Assembly: GCA_948436025.1 (NCBI GenBank) | Contig: CAOJHH010000004.1 | Span: 1-56,585 of the forward strand | Reading direction: 5' to 3' | Source: an uncultured Clostridium sp. | GTDB lineage: Bacteria; Bacillota; Clostridia; TANB77; CAG-508 | DNA length: 56,585 nucleotides | Shown: piece after piece, positions 54,932-56,585 of the stretch | Numbering within the stretch: the first letter of the stretch is position 1 | Layout: each line of letters starts with the position of its first letter | Position numbers and translations under genes: made by a program | Notes under the pieces: model-generated | What the model was told of the DNA's origin: nothing | Seen by the model: the letters and a program-made list of their open reading frames with translations, nothing else | Database searches by the model: none

Positions 54932-55516
54932 CTATCTTCCTTCCTTTTCTAATTGTTTTATTACATCATATACTTCCTTCCAAGTATTTACCTTTATGAT
55001 GTTATTCCCTTCGCATTCTTTGTTGTAAACTACGTCAAAAGTAATTACTGGTATTAACAAAGCAATAGGAATAATATATTGTGGTTCATCATCTAGCATA
55101 ATATTTATATGATTATCCATACATACCTGTTTTTTATCCATAGTTCCTACAACCAATTTATCATATTCTATTCCATTTTCGATTAAAAATTTTTCTGTTA
55201 TTTCATATGGATTTTTAAAATATGGTTCGGTTCTTGCCGTAATAATGCAAATATAATGTCCCTCTTGTTTTAATCGTTTAATAACTTCTTTTGCATTTTC
55301 TTTTACTTTTGCCTGTAATACAATTTCTTGTAAATACTGAATACAAAATTTATCATTTTCTTCTTTTGTCCAATCGTATAAATTATAACTAGCAAATCCA
55401 TCTTCTTTCATAGGTATATTTCTCTTTATAACTTCGTTATGATACTTTTCACAATATTGTTTTACAACTGGCAACGTATCGGTTATTATATTATCCACAT
55501 CAATTCCAATCCTCAT
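54932..55516 (-). CDS. HAD-superfamily 5'(3')-nucleotidase-like protein
   Basis: [17 protein letters not shown] motifs. Confidence 0.8.
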   Translation of the reverse strand: MRIGIDVDNIITDTLPVVKQYCEKYHNEVIKRNIPMKEDGFASYNLYDWTKEENDKFCIQYLQEIVLQAKVKENAKEVIKRLKQEGHYICIITARTEPYFKNPYEITEKFLIENGIEYDKLVVGTMDKKQVCMDNHINIMLDDEPQYIIPIALLIPVITFDVVYNKECEGNNIIKVNTWKEVYDVIKQLEKEGR

Positions 55517-55535
55517 ATTTCCCCCTATCTCTACT

Positions 55536-55790
55536 AAAAAAATCCATTTCTTCCTAATTTCTTAGGACGAAATGGATTCGTGGTACCACCTAAATTTATT
55601 AATTTTTTAAAAATTAACCTCATAATAGCGATAACGGAGCTACCGTCTAGCTCTACTCTTATTTCAAGCTAACACTAAAAAAGTGAAATTTCAGTTACAT
55701 TTATGGATTTCGGCTCTCAGCTAATACCAAAATTCTCTTTTTCCAAAACCATCTAACCTACTTTGCTTTTTATAACGTTTTTCTATATGT
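55536..55790 (-). promoter_or_regulatory. Phe T-box riboswitch
   Basis: AGGTGGTACCACG T-box followed by terminator AATCCATTTCGTCCTAA..TTAGGAAGAAATGGATT-U tract; stem I with AGAGA/GCTGAG and GAAATTTCAC (UUC specifier). Confidence 0.88.
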
Positions 55791-55890
55791 GTATTATATT
55801 ACCACAATTTGCAAAAATATTCAAGAGTTTTATTGTAATTGTCTTTTAAACTTGTTATAATAGAATAGTACAGGAAAGGAGTTGTTTCAA

Positions 55891-56187
55891 ATGTCTGATG
55901 CACAATTACAAGCCATTAAAGATGTAATCAGAATGACACCAAAACTTACAATAGACTGTTTAAATTCAATTAGAATATTAATGGAAAAAGCAATTGATTC
56001 AGAACTACTAAAAATAGAACCTACCATTATATTAGAAAATATGGATATTACAGAAAAGGTAATGTATTTTGATTATTTAACCGAAAGTAAGAATACAAAA
56101 GAAACCGAATTAAAAAATACTATCTCTTTAGAAGAAATTTTACAAAGAGAGGGGTTGACAATAGATGACTTGCAAAATAACAATTAG
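55891..56187 (+). CDS. putative antitoxin
   Basis: acidic small protein ending TISLEEIL..EGL; overlaps the toxin start. Confidence 0.6.
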   Translation: MSDAQLQAIKDVIRMTPKLTIDCLNSIRILMEKAIDSELLKIEPTIILENMDITEKVMYFDYLTESKNTKETELKNTISLEEILQREGLTIDDLQNNN

Positions 56188-56411
56188 ACCCAAGGCATTA
56201 AAATTTATTGAAAAACAAGATAAGTCACAAAGACTCCGCATTTATAAAGCTATTTACAATCTTCCAAATGGTGACATAAAAAAATTAGTTGGTTCAAAAG
56301 ATGACTATCGCCTTCGCGTACGGAGATTATAGAATTATTTATACATTTCATCAAAACACATTTACAATTCTTGTTACAAAAGTTGCTAGTCGAGGTCAAA
56401 TTTATAAATAA
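56165..56411 (+). CDS. RelE/ParE family toxin, about 81 aa, +1 shift at CGGA (56321-56324)
   Basis: KALKFIEKQ, GDIKKLVG, YRLRV-[CGGA]-DYRIIY, SRGQIYK. Confidence 0.9.
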
Positions 56412-56585
56412 ATCCTTTCATAATTCATTTTTCTTTAGATTCATTCGAATCGCACATTTCAATTTTATTTATATATTACATACTCATTATAATTAATATG
56501 TTTTTTATTTGCATTTTTATGTTAATTAGCATATAATACCTGAATCCGTGAACTATATAGAGTGATGTATTTTCATATAAATTAA

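Overview
Low-GC Clostridia-type chromosomal segment, mostly on the - strand. It carries rpsB, secDF, trmB, tsaD, lysS, recN, tlyA, mrnC, rbgA, mutS2, rnr, secG, murD/murL and pheST with a T-box, plus a RelE-type TA pair and three tRNAs. Main observation: 11 otherwise full-length genes are broken by 15 +1 frameshifts. At every one the ribosome meets an in-frame CGG, and reading CGGN as one 4-base Gly codon restores the protein, often inside a conserved Gly motif (CGGA x9, CGGT x4, CGGG x1, CGGC x1). A manual scan found no in-frame CGG in the intact housekeeping genes. The window also holds a matching candidate decoder: a variant tRNA-Gly at 38556-38629 with loop CU-UCCG-A (UCCG is complementary to CGGA) and a mismatched anticodon stem. 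It is co-transcribed behind a normal tRNA-Gly(UCC). Together these suggest a natural quadruplet-codon / tRNA-programmed +1 frameshift genetic code variant. This is inference and needs read-level and proteomic confirmation. A few accessory ORFs contain CGG that appears to be read as a triplet.
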